A DNA stretch of 64,000 bases, from positions 1 to 64,000 of the forward strand of contig JAAOMT010000786.1 in assembly GCA_016748015.1 (NCBI GenBank), written 5' to 3'. The notes below the pieces were generated by a model that was not told where the DNA came from, did no database searches, and was given only the letters and a program-made list of their open reading frames with translations. The DNA is from Geosiphon pyriformis uo1. Its lineage: Eukaryota > Fungi > Glomeromycota. Positions within the stretch are counted from its first letter, which is position 1, and every line of letters begins with the position of its first letter. Both the position numbers and the translations under genes were made by a program. This document shows, piece by piece, positions 35,900 to 49,239 of the stretch.

Positions 35900-36868
35900 T
35901 AATAGTTGTGAATTTATTAACAGATTTATATTTTTTGATAATCTGCTTCTTTACTTGTTACTGGAATTGGTTTCTAAGTACCTAATAATGTTTTCTTAAT
36001 TTGCCTTGTTTTAAGAAAGTCTATTCTTTTCATCTATGCAATTTCACTGAATTTTTTCATTTTTTTGCTTAATATTCATTCATGGCCAATATCATAAAAA
36101 ACATGATTAAAGACATTTGGATTTACAAACTGTGTCTTTCTTATCTGAACTCAAAATTGATTTGATTCAGCAATAAAGCTAAGACATATACAAGACCTAT
36201 ATATTTAACTTTTAGAATATCCGATAACATTAAAAAGATTAGTATGTAATCTCTTAAATTTGATACAGTTGCACACTGCAATTTCCCAATGCCATTGTAA
36301 AAGTGTAAAAGGAATCAATAATTTGAGTGTTTTGTTAAATTTTTCAAGTATTGTATCATGGCCTTGATGTTAATTTGAAAGTTTAGATCAAGAAATTACA
36401 ATTTTTTCCTGAATCAGCTTGCAAACTTTAGGCTTCAATTGTAGCCATTGTTCTTTATTAGCAATTTCAATTAATTGGTAAATAAAATAGCACCAAACAG
36501 ACCAAATTAATGCAAACATTTGTCTAGCCGCAAGTTTTAATGAAGACCTATTAAAACAAACTCCAGTGCAAAAGTTAATAATTGCTTGTAAATAAAAAAA
36601 GACTTGTTCATACTTTAATCTGAACATGAGATCTGTTTTATTTTGGGCCTATTCTAAGTAATCTTCAACAGATGAATTTTTCTTAGAAACAATATATGGC
36701 CACATTAATTTGGAAGCTATTGCATGCTTATATATATTACATATTGAATCTCATAACTTATAATGATCAGGACATTTTTTAAAAAACTGCAGTTGACTTT
36801 CACTCCAATATTTCTGACATTGTGCAAAGTATTTTATATCAATATTTCAATTAATATAGGCATTGCTG
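35900..36868 (-). pseudogene. Degraded second reading frame inside the pogo element (captured gene or transposase-like fragment)
   Basis: One frame of >300 codons whose stops fall at plausible Trp/Gln/Arg positions: ...KCPDHYK..LMWPY..YEQVFFYLQAIINF..HQGHDTILEKFNKTLK..HWEIA... Confidence 0.6.
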
Positions 36869-37237
36869 TGTTTAGAAAGCTTAACAACATAACATTGTGC
36901 TATCTTCTATGCAATTATGCAAGTATGCAAAGGATCAAATTAACAGCCTTTATTATTGATCATCAGTTGGGAGTAAGAGGCAAAAAGTGTCGCAGATATA
37001 TTATCGAAATTAGGTTTTTTTTTACCAAAAATCTGTTATTTGTACTTAGAATCCTACAGTTAGATTAAAACCTTCATTTTTATAATTTGGCCTGCTTTTT
37101 ATAATCTGAAGCACTTCATATAACATGAGACACCTCACATGTCCGATTAGATATAAGGCAAAATAACATTTGAGACATAATAGATACATCAACGCATTAT
37201 AAAAGCAAAATGCAATAAAAAGTGTGTTTTTATTAAC

Positions 37238-38796
37238 ATGCCAAAAAATGCAAACCAAAAACAAGCAGCAATCTTCTTGAAGACTAAAAAGGCTCTCTGC
37301 CAGTACAAACTAGAGCATCCTGACTACTTAGCAAATAGACTTATCAAAATATTTAATCTAAAGATTAATCACTTCACTGTAATAAAGATACTTGTGAAAT
37401 CAGACCAATGGATTAAAAAGAATGTATCTGGCAACTCTGGTCAATTGACAAAGGACAAAAAAGAGATGTTTCCGAAAATAAATAATGCACTGGGAGAATA
37501 GATGCTTGGAACACTAACTACCAACTGCATTCTTACTGGAAAAATTTTACAAATAAAAGCCCTCAAGTTTGCTGAAAAGTTTCTGGAAGAAAATAACTTT
37601 AAAGCATCAGATAGTTGGTTAGAAAAGTTCAAGAAATGTCATAATTTGCACCACATTAAAATGCATAGTGAAGCAAACAGTGCCCTTTTGGAAATTTTAC
37701 CAGAAGAATGAGAGAAACTGCATGAGATTATTAGCAAATATGATCTAAATGATGTTTACAATGCTGATAAGACAGCATTATTCTTTAGAATGCTACCAAA
37801 TGCAACTTTGGCAACAAGATTTACCTTTGGCACCAAACGTGATAAGAGTTGAATTACCATACTTCTTGCTTGTAATGTAACAGGTAGCATTAAGTTGCAG
37901 TCTTTAATTATCAGCAAAGCCACAAAGCCACGATGTTTTCGCAATATTAATATGAATGCACTTCCAATTACTTATCATTACAATACAAAAGCATAGATGT
38001 AAACCAATATTTTTAGTAAATGGTTTAATTTATTAAATGAAAAAATGTGTTGTAAGAAAAAAAGATTTTGCTATTGCTTAATAATGCTGGTCTCCATGAT
38101 AGAGAATCTTCTGTATTATCTAATATTATAATTAGATACCTACTATCTAATACAACATCTTATTTGCAATCATTAAATACAGGAATTATTGCATCTTTTA
38201 AGACACAATACCGAAAGTTGTTTCTTTTTCATCTTATTAATCAGTATGATGACAAGATTCCAATATCAACAGTAATATTAAAGAATGTGGTTGACTTTCT
38301 AATTGATGCATGGTCAGCAGTAATAACAACTACAATCCAAAACTGTTGGTGTCATATGAAAATTCTGAATAATAGTCAAATGCCAGCCCATCTATTAAAT
38401 ATTAAACAAGAACTCTTATAAGAAGTACAAGTTCTTATTAAGCATGTTAATATTGACAAGCTATTGGCAATAGACTTCATTAATATTGACAAGTTTGAAC
38501 TATTATTCACTTATGTTTTAGAGAATAAAATTGTGAATCTTATTAATAACAAGTATAGTGGAAATTCTAATGCAAATGAAGATTTAGAAAGTGAAAATGA
38601 AGATGAATCTTTGCCTTTGCTATCTATACATTAAGGTAAAATTGCACTTGAAGATACATTGCGTTATTGTGAAGAGCAGTATAGTAAAAAAGTTGATTCA
38701 GATTTTTTTAAAACTTTGAGAACATTAATTCGTAATACTGTTCTCAAAGTTCAAGAAGAGAAAAAACAGTTGTAAATAGATAGCTTTTTTAAATAA
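37238..38796 (+). pseudogene. pogo-type transposase (CENP-B-like HTH + DDE_1)
   Basis: FKASDSWLEKFK, VYNADKTALFF, LLLNNAGLH, LQSLNTGII, IQNCW, and a C-terminal KQL.IDSFF PIP-box-like motif; multiple stops. Confidence 0.9.
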
Positions 38797-39574
38797 AATA
38801 TATATAATTGGTTATTATATTATGCATGTGATATATAGATCATGTGATAAGATATTGATCATTTTTTATAGTCCCATCTCTCTATAGTTACCACAAATGT
38901 GCTGACCAAAAAGTGTGATTATAAAGAGAGTTCACTGTACTATCAGTATTATTTGCTTATCGGACAATAAAGCAAGATACCACATAAGCAACACTATTTG
39001 AATTGGTATACAGTAGAACAGCAACATTACCAGTTAAGATAGAAGTCAAAATATATCCAACAGAATTAATAACAGAAGATAATTTCCAAAAAACATTGTT
39101 AAAAAAAACATATGACTTAATGGAAACACTAGAAAACAGATGACAAAAAGCAGCTGATAACATCTAAAAGTCACAAAAAAAGCAAAAAAAACAACATGAT
39201 AACCAACTATCAGACAAACCAGTTAAATTTAAGATTGGAGACAAAGTATTATTACATTGTACTAAAACAAAAAAACAATGGAGTGGAAATTTGACCCCAA
39301 ATAGGACAGATCATTTCACATAAAAAAAATTCTAAGAAATGGAGCTTATAAATTAAGATGGAACAACAAAATCTTAGCCAAAGCAACACATGGTAATAGA
39401 CTGAAACCATATCACCAGATAGTATTATCATCTACCAATAACATTCTACAATTGAGAGTACAAAGAATATTAGTTTAACCAGAGGAGATTCCACAAGATC
39501 TGGAATCAATCATAGTTATCAAACCAAACACATCAAATTGAACAACCAAAAGAATATATAAAGACACAGTATAC

Positions 39575-40231
39575 ATGACAAAAGCAACCAAGAAAATAGA
39601 AATACCAGATTATATTCACACTATAGTTTAACAATTGTTCCAGGCCTTAAGTCAACAACAGTTAGACATAGAAATTGTTATTAACAACCAAATAATTTGC
39701 TATTGAAACACCCAAAGAAAGACAAAGAATACACCATATCAGCAGCCACCAAAGAATAATAAAAACTGGACAGATAAATTAATAGAAAAAGTGAAGAACA
39801 CTTTTGAGAAAATACTTATTATGACACCAACAGAAGAGCTTACAAAAGAAAATTAGAAGCAATGGATAGAACGACTTTCAATATTATATTGCTACTACCA
39901 GTTAGGTCAAAAGTTAAATATTCAGGAGTTGTATATCAACAAATCCAAGAGAATATTCAACCAAGACATAATACAACAAATTGAAGAATTTATCAGAAAA
40001 AAAATAAATTTAACACTACATGTTAAAACAATGTACCGACTACACAACATATTTTGGAACTATTCAGAAATACTGTTACACTCAGACATGGAAATCATAA
40101 TCATTAACCAATAAGGAAAAATAAACAATACACAAGTAGAAGACATAAAAAACAGAGTCAAACAAACAATACTTGAAAAAAAAATATTAGAATTAATTCA
40201 AAACAAAGATTTCAACAGAGCTCAATATTAA
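39575..40231 (+). pseudogene. Element B ORF3 (unknown function)
   Basis: NYYCYYQLGQKLNIQELY...GKINNTQ...DFNRAQY*; homologous to ORF3 of C. Confidence 0.75.
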
Positions 40232-40245
40232 AAAAGAGGAGATAA

Positions 40246-41016
40246 TATTACTTATAAAAAAAAAAGATATAGAAAAATAGTAAACCAATAAGAGAGTAGT
40301 AGTTAGTATATAAGCATATTGCTCAGCAATGTGAACATTGTTTGAGAAATTATAGCACATTATTCGAGAATGTGAGTGATCTTGTAGAACCCAAATTATG
40401 TATATATAGTGATAGCATTAGAAATAGAAAAAACAGACTTCTTAGTTTAGATTTTATTTAAGCCACTTTTTAATCTACAAATATCAATAAATAATTATTC
40501 TCTATCTCCAATTTACTCTCTACTATCAACATTTCATGTTGATAGTTATTGACACTTAACTACCCTAGAACAATAGCTCTTAATTACAGCTATTGATAGA
40601 ATACTAACTTGCATATTGTCTTGGCTTATTTCTTTATTTCTTTTTATTTTTTCTTTTCTTTGATTTTATTGTTGCATACTAATTGATTAAGAATTAAAGC
40701 ACTGAGTTATTAATATCATAGATAGCCTAATAAAAAACCCAGAAATAAGGGTAAAATCATATATATATTAACAGATAACTTACTAGAAGGCATGACTGCC
40801 AGAATAAACTGGCCACTATGTTGAAAACAGAAATTGGGAAAACAACTCACCAACCAACTATATTGTCATTAAATCTCTGTCTATTATACAAAGGACTCAA
40901 CTCTAAAAACCTTCAAATACACTCCACATACCAGTATTACCAGCATTATCAATATATTGAACACCAAGTTATGGATTTGTTATTTGATTTGAAACTCCAA
41001 ATAATCATCTGTAATA
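40246..41016 (+). repeat. 3' LTR of element B
   Basis: Follows the PPT-like AAAAAGAGGAGATAA and matches 17938-18693; termini mutated by transitions. Confidence 0.88.
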
Positions 41017-42106
41017 CTAAAAACTGAATGGAGTAACAAAAAAAAACAGCTATCCAACTCCAAAGATCCAAGAACTTTTTGATGCTTTTGAAGAAAAAAA
41101 ATGGTTTTCAACGTTAGACTTAGACAGTGGTTACTGGTAAGTAGCCATGAAACCAGAAGACAAAGAGAAAACAGCTTTCACAACTTGAAAAGGAAACTTT
41201 GAATTTGAAGTAATACCATTTGGCTTGATGAATGCTCCATCCACTTTCCAATGACTTATGGAAATTGTTTATATTAGGCTACTATAGAAATCAGTAGTTG
41301 TATACTTGGATAACACCAATGTGTTCTCAAAAACATTCAATGATCATCTGCATCATCTCCAACAAGTGTTCGAAAAACTAAGAAGAGCTGGATTAAAGCT
41401 AAATGCAACTAAATGTTTCTTTGAAAAAACTAAACTTAAGTTTTTGGGACATGTTGTGAGCAAAGATAAAATTAAAACAGATTCAGACAAGATTGAGATT
41501 GTTAAGAACTTTCCAGTACCAAATAATCTCACAGAATTAAGAGCATTCTTGGGATTTGCTGAATACTACCACTGCTTTATCAAAGACTTTTCCAAAATAG
41601 CTCAATTACTACACCAGCTCCAAACAAAGAACACCAAATATGAATGAACAGAAACCCAGCAAGAAGCTTTTGATACATTAAGAAGAAAGCTTATTCAAGC
41701 CCTAGTACTAATCTATTTGGATTATAGCAAGCCATTCATAATCACAACTGATGCATCTGGTCAAGCCTTAGAAGCAGTATTATCTCAGAAAGAACCCAAT
41801 GGATAAGAACACCCAGTAATTTATGCCAGTAGAAGCTTAAGTCCAGCTGAAAAGAACTATAGAACTTCAGCACTAAAACACTTAGCCATTTATTGGGCTG
41901 TCATCAAATAGAAAGAATACTTGAGTCAAAAGTTTGAGATATACACTGATCACAAGGGATTGACTTCTATTTAGAAGCAAAAATTTAGAGACAACCACTA
42001 TGTCAAATGGAAAATAGAACTTTTACCATTTAATTATACAGTACATTACAAAAAGGGAAAAGAAAACAGAAATGCCAATAGTCTGTCATAAATAAGACAA
42101 ATCTAA
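41017..42106 (+). pseudogene. Element A RT-RNase H continuation
   Basis: KLNGVT, LDLDSGYW, PFGLMNAP, YLDN, TDASG, TDHKG; stop at 42104-42106. Confidence 0.87.
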
Positions 42107-42131
42107 AAACATTTCAAAAATATAACAAAAG

Positions 42132-43513
42132 ATAAATATACAAAAATACTAACAACTACAACATTATATAAATACCTAATTGTTCAAGAAGAAATTATCT
42201 CAAAAGGAACAAAAGAACATAAAACAACAATCAAAATATTTTATCAACCATCAAAATATACTTTATCAAAAGAACAGAAGAAATTCAGATTAACCAACCA
42301 AAGTAATCACAGAACCAGAGAAAGAGACAATATTATTCAACATGTATTCAAATCTAACAGTAGGATATTTTCATAAAGAAGCAACCATAAAAAGAACTAG
42401 AAAAAAATATTATTGGCCATCAATGTATCCAGACATCATCCAATATGTTCAAAATTGTGATGCTTGTCAGAGAAGAGAAGAAACAAAACCCAGTGAACTA
42501 TTGAGACCAATCAAAGTAAGACAACCATTTGATTGTATTGGGATTGACTTAGTTAGACCATTAACAATAACCAATAGAGGCAACAGATATATTGCAGTAG
42601 CTATGGACTATCTCACCAAATGGCCTAAAGCAAAAGCCATTCAAAGAGCAGATGCAGAATCCATTGCCAAATTCATTTATCAAAATTTAATATGTCAACA
42701 CAGATGTCCAAAAAAACTATTATCAGATCAAGAAACTCACTTTGTAAATAGAACATTGACAGAATTAAGTCAAAGATTTAGGATAAAAAGACCATTATTA
42801 TCATTATACTATCCACAAACAAATGGGTTAGTTGAAAGATTTAACAGAACACTGTGTAAAGCAATCACCAAAATCAGTTAAAAAAACCAGAACAAATGAG
42901 ATTTGTTTATACTATCAGTATTATTTGCTTATCGAACAATGAAACAAGACACTACACAAGCAACACTATTTGAATTAGTATATAATAGAACAATAACATT
43001 ACTAGTGGAAATAGAAGTCAACACTTATCCAACAGAACCAATAACTGAGAACAATTTGCAGAAAACATTGCTAAGAAAAACATATGATTTGATGGAAACA
43101 CTAGAAAACAAATAGTAAAAAGCAGCTGATAACATTCAAAAGTCACAGGAAAAACAAAAAAAAAGACATGATAACCAACTATCAGATAAACCAATTGAAT
43201 TCAAGATTGGAGACAAAGTACTTCTATATCATACTAAAGTGAAAAAACAATGGAGTGGAAAATTTGATCCCAAATAGGATGGACCATTTTATATAGAAGA
43301 AATTCTTAGAAATAAAGCTTATAAATTAAGATGTGACAACAAAATCTTAGCCAAAGCAGCACATGGTAATTGACTAAACCATATTACCATATAGTGTCGC
43401 CATCTATCAGTAATATTCTACAATTAAAAGTACAGAGAATACTAGTCCAACCAGATAAGATTCCACAAGATCTGAAACCAATTATAATCATTGGACCAAA
43501 CACATAAAATTGA
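42132..43513 (+). pseudogene. Element A integrase ORF
   Basis: YYWPSM..CDACQ, IGIDLV, SDQETHF, PQTNGLVERFNRTL, DGPF. Confidence 0.87.
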
Positions 43514-43546
43514 ACAATAAAAAGAGTATATAAAGACATAGTAGAC

Positions 43547-44205
43547 ATGACAAAAGACTTCAGAAAAATGGAAATTATTGACAATATCTACTTACTAGCA
43601 CAACAACTCTTCCAACTAATTTAACAACAGAATATAGAAATTACTATCAATCAACAAACCATTCAATACCAAGATACCAGAAAAATACCCAAATACAAAA
43701 GTCAAAGAAAAACAGAAAACACTATCGACAAAATAGTTTTGAAGATAAAATTAGCAATAGAAAAACCAACAAGTGTTACCATATATTAAAAGTTGACCAA
43801 AGAAACTTAGAAATAGTGAATACACAAATTTCCAAAAAACTTTTGCTATTTCCACTTGGGACAATACTTGAATATTCAAAACCTATACATAGATAAAACA
43901 AAGCAATTATTTAACACAACAATATTGCAACAACTAGAACAGTTTGTGGGAAAAAACAATTTGACTACACAAGCAAGAGCCATCTATCAGCTACATACTG
44001 GATTTTAAGACAGACCAGAAATCTTACTTAATCCAAAAATAGATTTTATCACAGTTAACCAAATGGGAAAAATAACCAACACCCAATTTGAGGAATTACA
44101 GAACAAAATAACTTAAGTAATTCTTGAAAAAGAAATTCAAAAAATACTCAAAGACAGCGAAATAGAATTAGAAGATTTGGAGATTTTAATAGAGCTCAAT
44201 ATTAA
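43547..44205 (+). pseudogene. Element A ORF3 (unknown function)
   Basis: FPKNFCYFHLGQYLNIQNLY...FVGKNN...MGKITNTQFEEL...DFNRAQY*. Confidence 0.75.
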
Positions 44206-44219
44206 AAAGAAGAGAATAA

Positions 44220-45028
44220 TGTTACTTATAGAACATAGAGAGTATATTAGCATATAAATTAGCCAATCAGAAGTAGCTGTAGTAAATGTGGAATTCCAGA
44301 ATTCCTTTCAAGAGGAATTGCAGGATTTCAGGAATTTCAGGATTCTTGTATAAAGAATTGCAGGATTCCAGAATTTCAGAATTTCTGGTATAAAAAATTG
44401 AGGAATTGAGAAATTTCAATTATGTATATATAGCAATAGTGCTAGAAGTAGAAAAAAAAGAATTCTTTAATTAGAGATCTCTGAGTTTAGATTTGATCTA
44501 AAACAACTTTCTATTCCCAAATATCAATAAATAATTATTTACTATCTCAATCTACTATCCACTATTAACACTTTATGTTGATAGTAATTAATACTTAACC
44601 ATACTAAAACAATAGCTCTTAATCATGACTATTAATGGAATACTAACTTGTAATTGCTTTTGTTTATTTCTTTATCTTCTTTTATTTTTTTTATTTCTTT
44701 TGTTATTTTTTTGGTTTTACTAAATTGATTAAGAATTAAGCACTGAGATACAGATGTCATAGGGACTGGTAAAAGATCCGTGAAACAAAGGTAGAACACT
44801 CATAGATTTGAGGATAGCTTACCAGAAAAATTACCAGCTACCACGCTGAGAAAAAAATTTAACAGAATTGCAATTCCAGAAGACTACTGAAAACAACTAT
44901 TAAATCTCTGTTCATTATACAAAAAACTCCATCAACAAAACTTTCAGATATTAACACCAGAATACCAACCAAGCACTAAGTTACAGATTTGTTATTTGCT
45001 TTGAGATCCCAAATAATCATCTGTAACA
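44220..45028 (+). repeat. 3' LTR of element A
   Basis: Matches 12224-13029; preceded by a purine tract; followed by CCAG and resumed LINE sequence. Confidence 0.92.
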
Positions 45029-46242
45029 CCAGTCTAACTCTGAATATCAACCATTAGTGATTTCTTTATTACAAAATCAAAGTGCAGATATAGTAATAAA
45101 TAAGGGTTTGGGTGTGGCTATTGGTAGTAGAACTGTTATAAGAGTAGTGGTTTTTAATTAGTTAATTATTTCAAAATTGAAAGTTACTCTGAACAATTTT
45201 TTGGTTACTGTTATGGGCCTAATGGCCAAAGTGGACAATATTGGTTTAGTGCCTGTTGTCCATCTTCTTTAATAATTGATTTTATCTGAAAAGTGGCTAC
45301 ATGTAATATAAGAGGCATGAACAACTCTGTTAAGCAAACAGATATTATTTGGTGATACAAAGATATAAACAATTTAATTTTAATTTTTACAAAAATGAAG
45401 TTAAAAGAGAAAGTTTGCTCATAAATTGGTAACAAATTTGATAGTATTCAAGTTTTTACTTTTAGTTTGAACTCTGGTTATCTGGATTCTGGTGTTACAG
45501 TTATTATAGATACTTTTTTAGTAAAGCATATGTGTAAGGTTTCAGAAATATCTAATTAGCTTTTTTTTGTCAGGCTTTTTTTTAAAAATAAACTTTCTGT
45601 TTTAATTTTGGGACTCTATGCTGGAGTTTCCATAGCAGTTTATTTTTTTCAAGCTAATAAAATCAATTTTCTGATAGTTAAGACTGTTAATAAATCATTT
45701 TTTGTTATTCTGAATGACAATTTCAATGAAAATAATTCACACAAGTATGTTAGCTTCAAAAAATACTGTGGCTTGGGTTTGGCCAATTTTTTGTTAGAGA
45801 GTTTAATTGAGAAAAGTTACACATAAAAGAATTCAAGAGGTGCCAAAAAGATAATTAATTACATGTTTATCTCTTTAAACTTGGTTAATACAATAGTTTG
45901 TTATAATGTCTTGTTTATTGGTAAATATTTTGATATTGATTATAAAGCTGTTTTTGTGTTGGTAAGTTTAGGTAGATTATTGAATATACAATTATACTTT
46001 CTTTACAAACAAGCAAACAAGAATTATTGAAAATTCAATTTTAAAAGTATTAGTAATACCAAATAGGCCAAGTTTAAGGAAGCTATGATGACAAATACAA
46101 CTATGTTTTCTGATGAATTCTGTATAACTAGAAAGTTTTCAGATTTAAATACAATATAGAATACTGTTTGTAAAACAGTGTGTTTGTTAGCTAAAAAAAT
46201 TTTTAGGAAAAAATGGTTCAAGAAATATGATAATGTTTACAC
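45029..46242 (+). mobile_element. LINE copy 2, segment 2 (end of ORF1, endonuclease of ORF2)
   Basis: Continues segment 1 (VSQ|SN...); KVATCNIRG, LNDNFNE, INYMF are homologous to 5381-6350. Confidence 0.85.
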
Positions 46243-47098
46243 TATTACAAGTAACTATTTCTGGTGTTGGATTAAATAACAAAACCCATAACTTAGTGCT
46301 CAAATTTAGTTGCAGTTGATAGTGATCTGAAGGTTTATGTCTGAAGAGTTTGTATTCGAAGGGTTTGGTTGAGTTTTTTATATAATGAACAGAGATTCAA
46401 TGATAATAGTTTTTATCCGTAGCTTCTCAAATCCGCAGTTTTGTCAATTTCTTTCTCAGCTTGATGGCTGGTATTCCTTCTGGTAAGCTATCCTCAATTG
46501 AGTGTTCTACCCTTATTTCTGGGTCTTTTACCAGTCACATTTATCCTGACGTCAGTACCCTGTGCATTAATTCTCAATAGAATTAGTAAATAACAATAAA
46601 ATCAAAGCAAAAAATAAAGAAAAGAAAAGAAAATAAAGAAAGAAAAAAAATAAGCCAAGACAATTTGCAAGTTAGTATTCTGTCAATAGCCATGATCAAG
46701 AGCTATTGTTCTAGTGTGGTTAAGTATCAATTACTATCAACATGAAGTGTTGATAGTGGCAGCAAGTTGAGATAACAAACAGTTATTTATTTATGGTTTT
46801 GGAAAGTTGTCTAGATGAAATCTAAACTGAAAGGTCTGTCTTTTTAGCTTCTAATCCTACTGCTATATATACATAATTAAGATTCCTCAATTTCTCAATT
46901 CTTTACAACAGGAATCCTGCAATTCTTTTGAGAAGAATCTTGGAATTCTGGAATCCTGTAATTCCTTGTGAGAATCCTATAATTCCTGGAATCCTGCAAT
47001 TCCTGAGAGGAATCTTGGAATTCCATATTTTACTATATCTACTTCTGATTGGTCAATAACTAGGCTAATATATATTCCCTATATTTCTATGAGTAATA
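46243..47098 (-). repeat. 3' LTR of element D
   Basis: Matches 55584-56439; same 856-bp length. Confidence 0.92.
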
Positions 47099-47111
47099 TT
47101 ATTCCCTTCTT

Positions 47112-47762
47112 TTAATATTGAGCTCCATCGAAATCTAACTCTGTTAATTCCCCTTCTTGAAGTATTTTCTGAATTTTATTTTCGAGAATTACTTGTGTTA
47201 TTTGAGTTTATAATTCTTCAAATTGAGCATTGGTGATCTTTCCTAATTGATTACTGGTAACCATATCCATTGCTTTGTTGAGTAAGATTTCTGGTTGATC
47301 CTGAAATGCTGTGTGTATTTGGTATATGGCTCGGGTCTGTGTAAATAAGTTGTTCTTTCCCACAAAATGTTCTAATTATTATAGTATTCTTGTGTCAAAT
47401 AATTATTTTGTTTTATCCATATATAGATTCTGGATATTCATGTGTTGTCCCAAGTAAAAATAACAATAGTTTCTTGGAAATTGTTGTATCCACTAATTCC
47501 AAGTTTCTTTAGTCAACTCTTGGTATAGTGACTTTTTTGTCGACTCTTTTATTGCTAATTTTACTTTCACAATGATTTTGTCAATAGTATTTTCTGTTTT
47601 CTTCTGTGTTCTATGTGGTGATGTCTTTCTAGTGTCTTGATATCAGATGATTTGTTGATTAATTGTAATTTCCATCTCTTGGTGTTGAATCAATTAAAAG
47701 AATTGTTGTGCTAGTAAGTGGATATTGTCTGTAATTTCCATTTTTCTGATATTTCTTGTCAT
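47112..47762 (-). pseudogene. Element D ORF3 (unknown function)
   Basis: FPRNYCYFYLGQHMNIQNLY...FVGKNN...LGKITNAQFEEL...DFDGAQY*. Confidence 0.75.
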
Positions 47763-47799
47763 GTCTATCATGTCTTTATATATTCTTTTGATGGATTAA

Positions 47800-49178
47800 T
47801 TTAACATGTTGTTGTCAATGATGATGATTGGTTCCAAATCTCGTGGAATCTCCTCTGATTAGACTAGTATCTTTTGTACTCCTAATTGTGGAATATTACT
47901 GGTGAATGGTAGTATGATGTTGTGATATGGTTTCAGTCAATTTCCATGTGCTGCTTTGGTTAAGATTTTGTTATCCAGTCTTAATTTGTAAGCTTCATTC
48001 CCTAGAATTTCTTCTATGTGAAATGGTCCATCTCATTTGAGATCAAATTTTCCATTTCATTGTTTTTCCATTTTGGTATAATATAAGAGTACTTTGTCTC
48101 CAATCTTGAATTCAACTGGTTTGTCTGGTAGTTGATTATTATGTCTTTCTTTCTGTTTCTCTTGTGACTTTTGTATGTTATCAGCTGCTCTTCTTTGTTT
48201 GTTTTCTAATGTTTCCATTAAGTCATATATTCTTCTTAACAATGTTTTTTGGAAATTTTCTTCTGTTATTGGTTCAGTTAGATATGTGTTAACCTCTATC
48301 TCAACTGGTAATATTGCTGTTTTACCATATATCAATTCAAATGGTGTTGCTTGTGTGGTGTCTTGTTTCATTGTTCAATAAGCAAATAATATTGATGGTA
48401 TGAACAAATCTTATTTGTCCTGGTTTTCTTGGCTGAGTTTTGCTATTGCTTTACACAATGTTCTATTAAATCTTTCAACTAATCTATTGGTTTGTGAATG
48501 GTATGGTAATAATAGTGGTCTCTTAATTTCGAATCTTTGGCTTAGTTCTGCTAATGTTCTATTCACAAAATGGGTTCTTTGGTTTGATAATAGTTCTTTT
48601 GGACATCTATGTTGACAAATCAGATCTTGATAAACGAATTTGGCAATGGATTCTGCATCCACTCTTTGAATTGCTTTGGCTTCTGGCCATTTAGTAAGAT
48701 AGTCCATGGCTACTGCAATATATCTGTTGCCTCTGCTGGTAATTGTCAATGGTCTGACTAAATCGATTCCAATGTGGTCAAATAGTTGTCCCACTTTGAT
48801 TAGTCTTAATGGTTTACTGGGTCTTGTTCCTCCTCTTCTTTAACAAGCATCACAATTTTGCACATATTGAATGATGTCTGGATACATTAATGGCCAATAG
48901 TATCTCTTTTTGGTTCTTTCCATGGTTGCTTCTTTATGAAAATGTCCTGCAGTTGGATTTGAGTGCATGTTGAACAGTATTGTTTCTTTTTCTGATTCTG
49001 TAATTACTCTGGTTGGTTGATCTGAATCTTTTTTATTTTTCTGATAAAGTATATTTTGGTGAGTAATAAAATATTTGGATTGTTGTTTGATCCTCTTTTG
49101 TTTCAGTTGAGATAATTTCTCCTTGAACTGTTGAGTATCTATATAATGTTGAAGTTGTTAATATTTTTGTGTGTTTAT
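47800..49178 (-). pseudogene. Element D integrase ORF
   Basis: HSNPTAGH..YYWP..CDAC, IGIDLV, LVERFNRTL, TPFELIYG. Confidence 0.87.
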
Positions 49179-49239
49179 TTTTTGTTATATTTTTGTGAGT
49201 ATTGTTTGGGTTTTGTTATATTTTTGGGTTGAAATGTTC

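Larger units (their letters stand above)
34673..38937 (+). mobile_element. pogo/Tigger-like (Tc1/mariner superfamily) DNA transposon with cargo
   Basis: TA TSD on both sides (34671-72, 38938-39). ~21-bp TIRs: CAGTAAACTCTCTCTATAGTC left, CAGTGAACTCTCTTTATAATC right (reverse complement). Subterminal TATAGTC repeats. Confidence 0.92.
33893..39541 (+). pseudogene. Element B integrase ORF, split by the pogo insertion
   Basis: ATG at 33893, HSDPTVEH, IGIDLVG, YHPQTNSLVE; resumes at 38938 with LSVLFAYRT. Confidence 0.85.
17938..41016 (+). mobile_element. Ty3/gypsy LTR retrotransposon B, inserted in the RT of A
   Basis: LTRs 17938-18693 and 40246-41016; TSD CTGG/CTAA. The RT motif of A (FCVDY|.KLN) is split exactly at these boundaries. 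Confidence 0.9.
12224..45028 (+). mobile_element. Ty3/gypsy LTR retrotransposon A (outer element; contains a solo LTR, B, C and pogo)
   Basis: Matching LTRs 12224-13029 and 44220-45028 (TGTTAC...GTAACA), TSD CCAA/CCAG, PBS and PPT. The internal RT frame resumes at 41017 after element B. Confidence 0.9.

Noticed and set aside
40818-41027. Short ORFs within LTR U5 (also 12758-13081 and 59628-59849)
   Set aside because: Frames and stops are not consistent between LTR copies, and no motif is recognisable.
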